A stretch of DNA of 64,000 nt from Thermoanaerobaculia bacterium (GTDB taxonomy: Bacteria; Acidobacteriota; Thermoanaerobaculia; UBA5066), in the NCBI GenBank assembly GCA_963816185.1, contig CAWFJJ010000029.1, positions 64,001 to 128,000 on the forward strand, in the 5' to 3' direction. Of the stretch, positions 19,885-29,426 are shown in pieces. The notes beneath the pieces were generated by a model. The model was not told the DNA's origin. It did not search any database and saw only the letters and a list, made by a program, of their open reading frames with translations. Made by a program: the position numbers and the translations under genes. Position 1 is the first letter of the stretch; each line of letters opens with the position of its first letter.

Positions 19885-20216
19885 GATGACTTCTTCGCCA
19901 GGCTTCGGACCTCGGCCTCGAGCGCTTTGATCTCGGCCTCGGTGAGCTTCTTGCCGAAGGCGGGCATCTTGTCGTGCCCCTTCGTGATCGAGCGAATGAT
20001 CCGGGCGTCGTCGATCGTATCCTGCCACTTCGCGTTCGTCAGGTCCCGGGCTTTCTTCTTCCTGCCTTCCTCCGTCTGGCCTCTGCCGTCGTCTCCGTGG
20101 CACACGGAGCAATGCGTCTGGAAGTTGTCTGAGCGGGCGCTTTCGCCGCGAATCGGCACGGCCGCTCCTGCGAGGAGGAGAGCGCCGGCCGGGAGGACGA
20201 AGAGACGTTTTGTCAC
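19881..20216 (-). CDS. Monoheme cytochrome c
   Basis: Signal peptide, CSVCH heme motif, MPAF distal Met; SD AAGGAG. Confidence 0.9.
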   Translation of the reverse strand: MTKRLFVLPAGALLLAGAAVPIRGESARSDNFQTHCSVCHGDDGRGQTEEGRKKKARDLTNAKWQDTIDDARIIRSITKGHDKMPAFGKKLTEAEIKALEAEVRSLAKKSS

Positions 20217-20258
20217 GCGAATCTCCTTTGAGGACGATTCTAGAGGGCCGTCGCCTCC

Positions 20259-21617
20259 CTAGGGTGTGAGGGCGGGCACGGGCAGCGCCTCTTCTCGCCA
20301 GCGTAAAACCGCAGCGAGGGCCCGCCGGCCGGTTTCCTCGCGGCGCCTGGCCCTGTCCTGCGTCAAAGGAACCGCCGTCACCTCGTCGCTCTCGATGAGA
20401 CCGAACGTGACGTTCATGGGTGTGTACGGCTGCTCGCGCGGGGCGGACACGTGCTTGGCGAGCGAGCCGAGCGCGGTCGAGAACGGCAGCGCCTTGGGTT
20501 CGTGGCCCTCGAGGAGCTGCGCGAGCGTCGCGCCGACCATGAGGCCCGTGGCGGCCGATTCCAGATAACCCTCGACGCCCGTGAGCTGTCCGGCGAAGAA
20601 GACCCGGGAGTCCTTTTTCCAGCGGAACAGGGCGTCGAGATGCGCCGGCCCGTTGAGGTAGGTGTTGCGGTGGAGCATTCCGAAGCGCACGAACTCGGCC
20701 TTCTCCAGCCCCGGCAGCATCCGGAAGATGCGCTTCTGCTCGCCGACCCGGAGCTTCGTCTGGAACCCGACGAGGTTGAAGTGCTCGCGCGCGAGGTCGT
20801 CCTGGCGGAGCTGCACGGCGGCGTACGGCTCCTTGCCCGTGCGAGGATCTCTCAGGCCGAACGGCTTCATCGGGCCGTGCCTCAGCGTCTCGACCCCGCG
20901 CTCGGCCATGGCCTCGATCGGAAGGCACCCCTCGAAGTAGACAGCCTTCTCGAAGTCGTGGAACGGCACCTTCTCGCCGGCGAGGAGCTCGTTCACGAAG
21001 GCCTCGTACTCGGACTTCGAAAGCGGCACGTTCAGATAGTCGTCGCCCCCGCCCTTGCCCCAGCGCGAGAGCGCGTAGAGCTTCGAGAGGTCGAGCGACG
21101 CGCGCTCCACGATCGGCGCCATCGCGTCGTAGAAGTACAGATACCGGTCTCCGAGCGCGAGAAGCAGCGATCTTTCGAGCGTCGGCGACGTGAGGGGGCC
21201 CGTCGCCACGACGACGAAGCCCGTTCCGGCATCCGGGAGGGATTCCGCTTCCTCGCGCACGAGGTCGAGGAGCGGCTCGGATCCGAGGCGCCGCGTGACG
21301 GCCTCGGCGAAGACCGCGCGGTCCACGGCGAGGGCGTCGCCCGCCGGCACGGCCGCCTTGCGAGCCTCCTCGAGAATGAGCGAGCCGATCGATTCCATCT
21401 CGCGCTTCAGGAGCCCCACGGCGTTCAAAGGGTTGTCCGACCGGAAGGAGTTCGAGCACACCATCTCGGCCAGGCGGTCCGTCGCGTGCGCGTCGGTCGT
21501 CCGGACAGGCCGCATCTCGACGAGGCGTACGCGGTGGCCGCGGCGAAGGAGCTGGTGGGCGCACTCCACCCCGGCGAACCCTCCGCCGATCACCGTGACG
21601 CGGGGAGCCTCTCCCAT
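20259..21617 (-). CDS. trmFO: Methylenetetrahydrofolate-tRNA-(uracil-5)-methyltransferase TrmFO
   Basis: VIGGGFAG, EMVCSNS, YFYDAMAP, YFEGCLPIE, AGQLTGVEGY. Confidence 0.95.
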   Translation of the reverse strand: MGEAPRVTVIGGGFAGVECAHQLLRRGHRVRLVEMRPVRTTDAHATDRLAEMVCSNSFRSDNPLNAVGLLKREMESIGSLILEEARKAAVPAGDALAVDRAVFAEAVTRRLGSEPLLDLVREEAESLPDAGTGFVVVATGPLTSPTLERSLLLALGDRYLYFYDAMAPIVERASLDLSKLYALSRWGKGGGDDYLNVPLSKSEYEAFVNELLAGEKVPFHDFEKAVYFEGCLPIEAMAERGVETLRHGPMKPFGLRDPRTGKEPYAAVQLRQDDLAREHFNLVGFQTKLRVGEQKRIFRMLPGLEKAEFVRFGMLHRNTYLNGPAHLDALFRWKKDSRVFFAGQLTGVEGYLESAATGLMVGATLAQLLEGHEPKALPFSTALGSLAKHVSAPREQPYTPMNVTFGLIESDEVTAVPLTQDRARRREETGRRALAAVLRWREEALPVPALTP

Positions 21618-21650
21618 CCTCGGGATTCTACGGGCCGTAGACTCGCGGCC

Positions 21651-22355
21651 ATGACCTTCGAAAGCCATCTCTACGACCGCGGCTATTTCGAGGGGCTGCA
21701 CAAGAGCCACTGGTTCACGAACCCGAAGCGCAAGTACGAGGAGCGAAACCGCGACACGCTGAGCGCCGTCAAGCCTGCGATTTCGGACCGCGTTCTCGAG
21801 CTCGGCTCCGCGCGCGGTGACGTCACGTTCTTCCTCGCGCGCCACGCCCGGGCGGTCGTCGGCCTCGACGCGTCCGACGACGCGCTTCAGATGGCCGAGC
21901 GCGCCCGTGCCGTTCAGGGGATTACGAACGTCTCCTTCGTGAAGGGCGACGTCGCCGATCTCTCGATGTTCGAGGATGCTTCGTTCGACGCCATCGCCGC
22001 CATCGACCTCGTCGAGCACGTCGACGATGCGACGCTCGCTGCGATGCTCGGGGAATGCCGACGCGTCCTCACCGCGGGCGGCCGCCTCGGCCTCTACACG
22101 CCCGATCGCGCGCACTACGTCGAGCGCCTCAAGGCGCATGGCGTTCTCCTCCAGCAGTTCCCGCAGCACATCGCGGTTCGAAGGGTCGAGGCATACAGAC
22201 GTTTTCTTCTCGACGCCGGTTTTCGAATCGATCTCGACGCTTACTCCGTCTCGCCCTTTCCGGGAGTGCGGTGGATCGAGGCCGCGCTCGCGCCCCTTCC
22301 GCTCGTCGGGCCGACGTTCCGGTACCGGATCCTCCTGAGGGCCGTGAAGCCGTGA
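21651..22355 (+). CDS. Class I SAM-dependent methyltransferase
   Basis: VLELGSARG motif I, VGLDAS, DLVEHV. Confidence 0.85.
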   Translation: MTFESHLYDRGYFEGLHKSHWFTNPKRKYEERNRDTLSAVKPAISDRVLELGSARGDVTFFLARHARAVVGLDASDDALQMAERARAVQGITNVSFVKGDVADLSMFEDASFDAIAAIDLVEHVDDATLAAMLGECRRVLTAGGRLGLYTPDRAHYVERLKAHGVLLQQFPQHIAVRRVEAYRRFLLDAGFRIDLDAYSVSPFPGVRWIEAALAPLPLVGPTFRYRILLRAVKP

Positions 22356-23068
22356 CCGACGCGCCGGAGAGATTCGCGCCGAATGCCGAGGTCTACGGGC
22401 CCGATTACTACGAGAGGATGTACCGGCCGCACTGGTTCCTGAGGAACCGGCGCAAGTACCAGGAGCGCGACTCGGCGCTTCTCCGAATCGTCCGGCCTTC
22501 CCCGTCGACGCGCGTTCTCGAGGTCGGCTCGGCTCGGGGCGACACGGCGTTCTTCCTGGCGCCGCGCGTCGCGGAGATCGTCGGAATCGACGCGGCGAAA
22601 GTCGCGGTCGCGGCGGCGCGCGCTCGCCTTGCGGCCCTCGCGTTCGAGAACGTCCGCTTCGAGGAGAAAGACGCCCGCGACCTCTCGGCCGTTCCGGGCG
22701 GCCCTTTCGACGTGGTCCTCCTCGCGGACTTCGTCGAGCACGTCCTCGACGACGTCCTCGTCCCGTGCCTCTCGAGCGCGCGGAGAATTCTCCGTCCCGG
22801 CGGCGCCCTTGCGATCTACACGCCGAACGCCGCGCACTGGGCCGAGCGTCTCAAGGCGGTCGTGCCCTTCCTCCAGCAGGAGGATCACATCGCGGTCCGG
22901 ACGGCGGAGCGCGTCGTGACGCTGGTCGAAGCCGCGGGATTCCGGGTGGAGGGCCTCTTCTTTTCCGCGAGCCCGTACCCCCTCCTCGGCGCGGTCGACC
23001 GCGCGTTCCCGATGGTCGGCCTCTGCCGTTTCCGGACCTGCCTGAGGGCGGTAACGTCTCCGGCATGA
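22352..23068 (+). CDS. Class I SAM-dependent methyltransferase (paralog of upstream gene)
   Basis: VLEVGSARG, DFVEHV, LRPGG; GTGA overlap. Confidence 0.85.
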   Translation: MTDAPERFAPNAEVYGPDYYERMYRPHWFLRNRRKYQERDSALLRIVRPSPSTRVLEVGSARGDTAFFLAPRVAEIVGIDAAKVAVAAARARLAALAFENVRFEEKDARDLSAVPGGPFDVVLLADFVEHVLDDVLVPCLSSARRILRPGGALAIYTPNAAHWAERLKAVVPFLQQEDHIAVRTAERVVTLVEAAGFRVEGLFFSASPYPLLGAVDRAFPMVGLCRFRTCLRAVTSPA

Positions 23069-23994
23069 AGATCTCGTTCGTCACCTGCGACGTCTTCACG
23101 GACCGACCCTTCACGGGAAACCAGCTCCTCGTCGTGCCGGACGCCCGCGGCCTGACGGCCGAGAAGATGCAGGCCGTCGCGCGCGAGATCAACTATTCCG
23201 AGTCGACGTTCGTGCTGCCGCCGAGGGATCCCGCGCATGCGTATCTCCAGCGCACCTTCGTGCCGGTGAAGGAGATCCCGTACGCCGGCCATCCGACCGT
23301 CGGGACGGCCGTCGTGATGGCGTCTCTCGGGAAGGTCGCGGCCGGTGCGCCAGACGGCGCTCATCCCATCACGATCGAGGTCGGCTTCGGCCCGCTCGCC
23401 CTCGAGCTCCTCAAGAAGGACGGGTGCGTCTCCCGCGTGAGGATGCAGCAGGGGCGGCCGGAATGGAGGGAGCCCGTGGCGCGCGCCGACGTCAAGGGCC
23501 AGATCGCGGCGGCGCTCGGCGTCCCGTTCGACGCGCTCCACCCGTCGCTCCCGCCGCAGGCCGTCGGGACCGGGAACACGTTCCTGATGGTCCCACTCGC
23601 GTCCGTCGCGGCCGTGTCCACCGCCCTCGCCGACACGCGGATGCTCAACCACATCGAAAGGGAGCTCTCGGTCCTCGGCCTCTTCTTCTTCGCCTTCGAC
23701 GAGGTCGGCGGGAAGGTTCGCCTCCGGGCGCGCATGTTCGCGCCGGGCGCGGGCGTGCCAGAGGACCCGGCGACGGGCTCGGCCGCCGGGCCGGTGGGCG
23801 TCTACCTCGCGCTCCACGGCGCGATGCCGGGCGGGGTGACTGAAGGGCGAGGCCATTTCACGATCGACCAGGGGATCGAGATGGGCCGGCCCTCGGAGCT
23901 CGCCGTGACGGTCCTTCTCGACGGCGGCCGTCCGTCGGCCGTCCGCGTCGAAGGGAGCGCTGTCCTCATGATGCGCGGCGAGCTCGAGGTCTAG
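23065..23994 (+). CDS. PhzF family isomerase
   Basis: DVFTDRPFTGNQL, EINYSESTF, EIPYAGHPT, EDPATGSA, QGIEMGRPS. Confidence 0.92.
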   Translation: MKISFVTCDVFTDRPFTGNQLLVVPDARGLTAEKMQAVAREINYSESTFVLPPRDPAHAYLQRTFVPVKEIPYAGHPTVGTAVVMASLGKVAAGAPDGAHPITIEVGFGPLALELLKKDGCVSRVRMQQGRPEWREPVARADVKGQIAAALGVPFDALHPSLPPQAVGTGNTFLMVPLASVAAVSTALADTRMLNHIERELSVLGLFFFAFDEVGGKVRLRARMFAPGAGVPEDPATGSAAGPVGVYLALHGAMPGGVTEGRGHFTIDQGIEMGRPSELAVTVLLDGGRPSAVRVEGSAVLMMRGELEV

Positions 23995-24070
23995 GCCTTC
24001 CTTGGCGCGGGAAATGCACGGTCCGAAGGAGTAGTCTCAATTCGGGACTTTCCCAAGTAGGAGGGTCGCC

Positions 24071-24592
24071 GTGACAAAGTTCTCCGCGGCTCTGGCTCTT
24101 TCCTCGCTGACTCTCGCCGCCTGCTCCTCGGTCTCGGTCGAGAGCCAGGCCCGCCTGCCGCAGCCCGCACCCGCCTTCGCGCGCACGCTCGTCGTCGTCG
24201 CCCTGCCCGACGCGTCACGCCGCGTCGCCGAGGACACGCTCGTGGCCCGCCTCCCGTCGCTGCACCCTTCGACGTCGTACGCGACCGTCGAGCTGGAACG
24301 CGGCATCACGCTCGGCGCGCTCCGCGAACGGGCGCGTAAGAACGGCTTCGACGGCCTCCTCGTCGTCTGGGTCGACGGAATGACGCTCAAGGACTATCCC
24401 GCGCTTGAGGTCATCCCGAGTTCTACACAAATCGGACTTCGCTTCGCAGCGAGCCTGACGGGCCTCGACGGGGAGCGCGAGATCTGGAAGGGCATCGTTA
24501 CTAACCGGGACTCGTCTCCAATCGTGAAGCACATGCCGGAAACGATGTCGGCTCTCGCGGACCGGCTGCGGATGGACGGCGTCGCGGACTGA
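24071..24592 (+). CDS. Hypothetical lipoprotein
   Basis: SD AGGAGG, lipobox LAAC. Confidence 0.7.
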   Translation: MTKFSAALALSSLTLAACSSVSVESQARLPQPAPAFARTLVVVALPDASRRVAEDTLVARLPSLHPSTSYATVELERGITLGALRERARKNGFDGLLVVWVDGMTLKDYPALEVIPSSTQIGLRFAASLTGLDGEREIWKGIVTNRDSSPIVKHMPETMSALADRLRMDGVAD

Positions 24593-24595
24593 AGG

Positions 24596-25474
24596 TCAGC
24601 CGACCTCGGGCTCGATCGACCCCATCCGCCCGGCCTGGAAGTCCTCGAAGGCCTCGGCGATCTCGGCTTTCGTGTTCATGACGAAGGGGCCGTAGCGGGC
24701 GACGGGCTCGTTCAGCGGCTGGCCGCCGATGACGAGAACATCCATCTTCGCGGCCGCCTCGAACACGACGTCTCCCGCGCCCTTTCCGAAGATGACGCAA
24801 TCGCCCGCGCCGCCGCGCGTGCCGTCCTTCCCGAACCGGCCTTCGCCCGCGAGGACGTACGCGAAGACGTTGAAGCCTTCGGGCACCCGCTGGGTCACGC
24901 GGCCGCCTAACTCGAGCGTGAAGTGGAGATAGAGGATCGGCGTCCGCGTCTCGATGACGGCCTCTTGTCCGAGCGCTTCCCCGGCGAGCACCTTCACGCT
25001 CACCCTTCCGTCCGCACTTTTCGCCGACGGAATCCGCGCAGAGGGGATCTCCTGATACCGCGGGCGCAAGCGCTTGTCTTTCTTCGGGAGGTTCACCCAG
25101 AGCTGGAGTCCGTGAATGAGGCCGCCCTTTTTCAGGAACTGAGGGTCCGGCAGCTCGGAGTGGACGACGCCGTCGCCCGCGGTCATCCACTGGACGTCGC
25201 CCGGCGTCAGCGCCCCGGAATGGCCGCGCGAGTCACGGTGGCGCATCGCGCCTGCTAGGAGATACGTGACCGTCTCGAAGCCGCGGTGCGGGTGGTCGGG
25301 CGCGCCGACGGCCTTCCCGGGCGCGTAGCTCGTCGGGCCCATCTCGTCGAGGAGGAGGAACGGGTCGATCGCGGCGAGCGCCGGGGTCGGGAACGGGCGG
25401 CGGACCTGGAAGCCTCCGCCCTCGAGCGTGACGACGCCGGGGACGACGCGGGAAACGCTGCGGGATTCGTTCAT
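24596..25474 (-). CDS. Pirin family protein
   Basis: DPFLLLD, HPHRGFETVTY, QWMTAGDGVVHSE, YGPFVMNT. Confidence 0.95.
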   Translation of the reverse strand: MNESRSVSRVVPGVVTLEGGGFQVRRPFPTPALAAIDPFLLLDEMGPTSYAPGKAVGAPDHPHRGFETVTYLLAGAMRHRDSRGHSGALTPGDVQWMTAGDGVVHSELPDPQFLKKGGLIHGLQLWVNLPKKDKRLRPRYQEIPSARIPSAKSADGRVSVKVLAGEALGQEAVIETRTPILYLHFTLELGGRVTQRVPEGFNVFAYVLAGEGRFGKDGTRGGAGDCVIFGKGAGDVVFEAAAKMDVLVIGGQPLNEPVARYGPFVMNTKAEIAEAFEDFQAGRMGSIEPEVG

Positions 25475-25536
25475 GCGGCGCGAAACGCGTCACGACTTCG
25501 CGTTATTCCAGCGTGCCTTCTTCCGGGAAGAGCGGA

Positions 25537-28227
25537 TCAGCTCCTCTTTCGGGTTCTTGCCTGAAGGCTTCTTGACGCGGCGGCCGCCGCCGTTTCGGGC
25601 TTCGGCTTCGAGGCGCGCTTTTTCGTTCCCTTGGCGGGAGCCGGCGCCCTTGCCTCGGCGATGGCCGCCTCGAGCGCGCCTTCCGGGATGCGTGTCGCCG
25701 GCTGGTAGAGCTCGAGGTCGGCGGCCGGAACGTCGAGGCCGCAGCCCTCCGTCTCGCAGACGTAGAACGGGCCCGCCTTGCGGTCGCGCACGAGGAGATA
25801 CGGCGCCTTGCAGCTCGGGCACGTCTTCGGCACGGGCCGCGCCCGGAAGTTCTTGTCGCAGGCGGGGTAGTTCGAGCAGCCGTAGAACGGGCCGAAGCGC
25901 CCGCGTCTCACGAGGATGTCCCCCGTCTTGCACTTCGTGCATTTCACGCCGGTGAGCGTCACGGGCTTCGGCGGCTTGAAGCGGCATGAGGGAAAGTTCG
26001 AGCACGAGACGTAGTCGCCGAAGCGCCCGTGGCGCGTCACGAGAGGGCGCCCGCAGCTCGGGCACTTTTCGCCGGTCGGGACGTCGGGCTTCGCTTCCGC
26101 CTTCCCGCCGGCGACTTTCACCGGGACGGTGTTCCGGCAGACGGGATAGGCCGTGCAGCCGAGGAACGCGGAGCCGTTCCTCCCGGTGCGGAGCTTCATC
26201 GGGCTGCCGCATTCCTCGCAGGTCTGACCTTCGAGGTCGGACGCGTCGATGGGGTCCTCCTCGATCTCGGGGATGTCCTGCGTGAAGTCGCATTCCGGAT
26301 ATCCGCTGCACGCGATGAAGAGACCCGCCTTCCCCATCCGCAGCTTCAACGCGTGGCCGCTCTTCGGGCACGTGTCGCCGGGATCGTTCGTGAGGCGGAA
26401 GTCGATGAAGCGCTTCCTCACCTCCGCGAGGGGAAGCCCCGCTTTGAGCGAGACCATCTTCTTTTTCGCCTTCTCGCGATCCTTGACGAACTGGCCGTCG
26501 AACTCCGCGAGCGCCTTTCGCCAATCGAGCTTCCCTTCTTCGACCGCGTCCAGCTCTTCTTCCATTTTCGCGGTGTACTCGGTCTGGAAGAAGTCGTCGA
26601 AGCCCTCGCGCATGAGGTCGACGATGACGCGCCCGAGCGGCGTCGGGGTGAAGCGCCGGTCTTTCTTTCTCACGTACTCGCGGTCTTCGATCTTGCGCAT
26701 GATCTCGGCGTACGTGGAGGGCCGGCCGATGCCGTTCTCCTCGAGGAACTTCACGAGCGACGCCTCGTTGAACCGCGGCGGCGGCTGCGTCTCGTGCCCC
26801 TCGGCGGCGACCGCGACGAGAGTCAGCGGGTCGCCTTCGGCGAGCGCGGGCAGGCGTGTCTTGTCGTCCTCATCCTCGGCCTCGCCGTTCGCCTCTGCTT
26901 TCTCCCGTTCCTCCACGTCCGGCTCGGCTTCCTTCTCGTAGACACGCAGCCACCCCGGGTCCTTGAGCACGGTGCCCGATGCGCGAAGGCCCGCCGCCTC
27001 CCCGCGTTTCTTGGCCTCGATCTCGACCGACGTCACTTCCGAGACGGACGGGCCCATCTGGGACGCGACGAAGCGGTTCCAGACGAGCCGGTAGAGCTTC
27101 AGCTCGTCCGGAGACAGATAGCGTGCGATCGCCTCGGGCGGAAAGTCGAGCGACGTCGGCCGGATCGCCTCGTGCGCGTCCTGGGCGTCCTTCTTCTGGC
27201 GGAACCGCCGTGGCTCCTCCGGGAGGGCGGAGGCTCCGTACGTTCTGCCGATGAACTCACGGACGGCGACGAGCGCCTCCTCGGCCGTGCGCGTCGAGTC
27301 CGTGCGCATGTACGTGATGAGGCCGATCGTGCCGTTCTCGCCGATCGTCTTTCCCTCGTAGAGCCTCTGCGCGATCTGCATCGTTCGCCGCACGCTGAAG
27401 CCGATGCGCGCGGCGCCTTGCTGGAGCTTGGAGGTCGTGAAAGGCGGCGGAGCGCTCCCTTTTCGCTCCTTGGCCTCGACCTTCACGACCGTGAGCGCCG
27501 CGCCCTCGACGTATTCGCGGGCCGCTTCGGCTTGCTCTCGCGTCGCGAGGCGCGGGTCCGTCCCGTCGAACTTCAGCTTCTCGCCTTTCCACATGGCGAG
27601 ACGCGCCGGGAACGCCACGTCGCCTTTTTTCAGCGTGACGGGGACCGAGAAGTACGGGACACCGACGAAGCGCTCGCGTTCGCTCTCGCGCTCCACGATG
27701 ATGCGCAGCGTGACCGTCTGGACGCGCCCCGCCGAAAGGCCGCGCCAGACTTTAGACCAGAGAAGGTCAGACACCTCGTAGCCGACGAGACGGTCGATGA
27801 TCCGTCGGGCCTGCTGCGCGTTGACGCGGTTCTGGTCGATCACGCCCGGGTGGGAGATGGCGCGTGTCACGGCCGCCTTCGTGATCTCGTGGAACTCGGC
27901 CCGATGGAACGTCGTCTTGGGAAAGCCCGGCCTCAGAATTTCCCGCAGATGCCAGCAGATCGCCTCGCCCTCGCGGTCCGGGTCGGCGGCGAGATAGATG
28001 GTGTCGGCGCCCTTCGCGGCTTTTCTCAGGTCCTGGACGGTGCGCTCCTTGCCGGGCAGGATCTCGTAAGACGGGGCGTAGCCGTGCGCGCGGTCCACCG
28101 CGATGCCCTTCTTCTGCAGGTCGCGGACGTGGCCATAGCACGCCATCACGGAGAAGTCCCTGCCGAGGAACTTTCCGAGCGTCGCGGCTTTCGCGGGTGA
28201 CTCGACGATGACGAGAGATTTCGCCAT
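25537..28227 (-). CDS. topA: DNA topoisomerase I with C-terminal zinc ribbons
   Basis: LVIVESPAKA, DPDREGEAI, SAGRVQ, ITYMRTDS, GIGRPSTY, repeated Cys zinc-ribbon motifs. Confidence 0.97.
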   Translation of the reverse strand: MAKSLVIVESPAKAATLGKFLGRDFSVMACYGHVRDLQKKGIAVDRAHGYAPSYEILPGKERTVQDLRKAAKGADTIYLAADPDREGEAICWHLREILRPGFPKTTFHRAEFHEITKAAVTRAISHPGVIDQNRVNAQQARRIIDRLVGYEVSDLLWSKVWRGLSAGRVQTVTLRIIVERESERERFVGVPYFSVPVTLKKGDVAFPARLAMWKGEKLKFDGTDPRLATREQAEAAREYVEGAALTVVKVEAKERKGSAPPPFTTSKLQQGAARIGFSVRRTMQIAQRLYEGKTIGENGTIGLITYMRTDSTRTAEEALVAVREFIGRTYGASALPEEPRRFRQKKDAQDAHEAIRPTSLDFPPEAIARYLSPDELKLYRLVWNRFVASQMGPSVSEVTSVEIEAKKRGEAAGLRASGTVLKDPGWLRVYEKEAEPDVEEREKAEANGEAEDEDDKTRLPALAEGDPLTLVAVAAEGHETQPPPRFNEASLVKFLEENGIGRPSTYAEIMRKIEDREYVRKKDRRFTPTPLGRVIVDLMREGFDDFFQTEYTAKMEEELDAVEEGKLDWRKALAEFDGQFVKDREKAKKKMVSLKAGLPLAEVRKRFIDFRLTNDPGDTCPKSGHALKLRMGKAGLFIACSGYPECDFTQDIPEIEEDPIDASDLEGQTCEECGSPMKLRTGRNGSAFLGCTAYPVCRNTVPVKVAGGKAEAKPDVPTGEKCPSCGRPLVTRHGRFGDYVSCSNFPSCRFKPPKPVTLTGVKCTKCKTGDILVRRGRFGPFYGCSNYPACDKNFRARPVPKTCPSCKAPYLLVRDRKAGPFYVCETEGCGLDVPAADLELYQPATRIPEGALEAAIAEARAPAPAKGTKKRASKPKPETAAAAASRSLQARTRKRS

Positions 28228-28253
28228 GAACCGTCGTCACGATGCCATGTCTG

Positions 28254-29381
28254 TCAACTCCGCGTCCGCACACGCACGAACAGGGCCCCCGGAAGGACCG
28301 TCACGAGGCCCTCCAGCTCGAGGTGGACGAGGGCCGCCGAAAAGCGCGCCGCGTCCAGCCCCGTTGCGGAAAGGAGCGTCTCCGCGTCCTTCGGCTCGTC
28401 GGCGTCGAGCGCGGCGTGAAGTGCCGCGGCGTCCGGGGAGAGGTGGGCCGGCACCTCGGCGTCCTGGCGCGACGCGACCTGCCGCTTCAACCGCCTTCTC
28501 TCCTCCTCGGGCAGCTCCGCGAGGAGGTCATCCGCGTTCCTCACGAGGATCGCGCCGTCCTTGAGGAGGGCGTTCGATCCGGCGGCGCCGGGAGAGAGGA
28601 TCGAGCCCGGAACGGCCGCCACGTCGCGGCCATAGCCCGTGGCATACCGGGCCGTGATCAACGAGCCGCTCTTCGTCGCCGCTTCGACGACGCAGACGAT
28701 GCGCGCGAGTCCCGCGAGGATACGGTTGCGAACCGGGAAGTTCCAGGGCTCGGGATCCGTGCCCATCGGAAATTCAGAGAGCGCGCAACCGGACAGAAGA
28801 AGCGCCTCGAGAAGGTCCTTCTGCTCGGGCGGATAGCAGACGTCCACGCCGCAGCCCAGAACGGCGATCGACTTCCCACCCGCCCCGAGCGCGGCGCGAT
28901 GGGCGGCCGCGTCCACGCCCCGGGCGAAACCGGAGACGACCGTCACGCCGGCCTCCGCGAGCTGCGCTGCGAGAGTACGCGCCGCGTCGAGCCCCGCGCG
29001 CGAGGCGCGGCGCGCCCCGACGACGGCGATGGCCGGCGCGTCGGGATACGGGATGCCGCGCGCGAAGAGGACGGCCGGCGGGTCATGGATCTCGCGCAGG
29101 AGGGCGGGGTAGCCGGGGTCCGTCAGGAAAAGGACGCGCGCTCCGGATTCCGTGAGCCGCCGCACATCTTCTTGGATCTCTCGCCCCTCGGCTGCGAGAA
29201 GCGGCGCCACGGTCGAGACGTCCTCGCTCGCGATCCGGGCGGCCACTTCCGGGGACAGCGCGCGCACAGCCCCGGGGGATCCAGCCGAAACAAGGAGCGT
29301 CCTGAGGGCGCGGGCCGCCCTTCCGCGCCCCTTCCGCGCCCAGATCAGTCCTGTCCGGGCATCGCTCGCCGCGTCGTCCAT
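28254..29381 (-). CDS. dprA: DNA-processing protein DprA
   Basis: VVSGFARGVD, AVLGCG, FPVRNRILAG, EAATKSGSLITA; directly upstream of topA. Confidence 0.93.
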   Translation of the reverse strand: MDDAASDARTGLIWARKGRGRAARALRTLLVSAGSPGAVRALSPEVAARIASEDVSTVAPLLAAEGREIQEDVRRLTESGARVLFLTDPGYPALLREIHDPPAVLFARGIPYPDAPAIAVVGARRASRAGLDAARTLAAQLAEAGVTVVSGFARGVDAAAHRAALGAGGKSIAVLGCGVDVCYPPEQKDLLEALLLSGCALSEFPMGTDPEPWNFPVRNRILAGLARIVCVVEAATKSGSLITARYATGYGRDVAAVPGSILSPGAAGSNALLKDGAILVRNADDLLAELPEEERRRLKRQVASRQDAEVPAHLSPDAAALHAALDADEPKDAETLLSATGLDAARFSAALVHLELEGLVTVLPGALFVRVRTRS

Positions 29382-29426
29382 GCGGCACCTCTCTTGCTCT
29401 GAGAAGAAGTCTCGACGATGTCTATA

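Noticed and set aside
19885-21564. 870-aa ORF suggesting a large XerC fusion
   Set aside because: Upstream part is an alternate frame over trmFO and cytochrome c with Arg/Gly/Pro-rich non-protein-like composition
25490-25600. Possible frameshift in the TopA Lys-rich tail (alternate frame VKKPSGKNPKEELIRSSRKK)
   Set aside because: Both endings are plausible low-complexity tails; cannot be decided without reads
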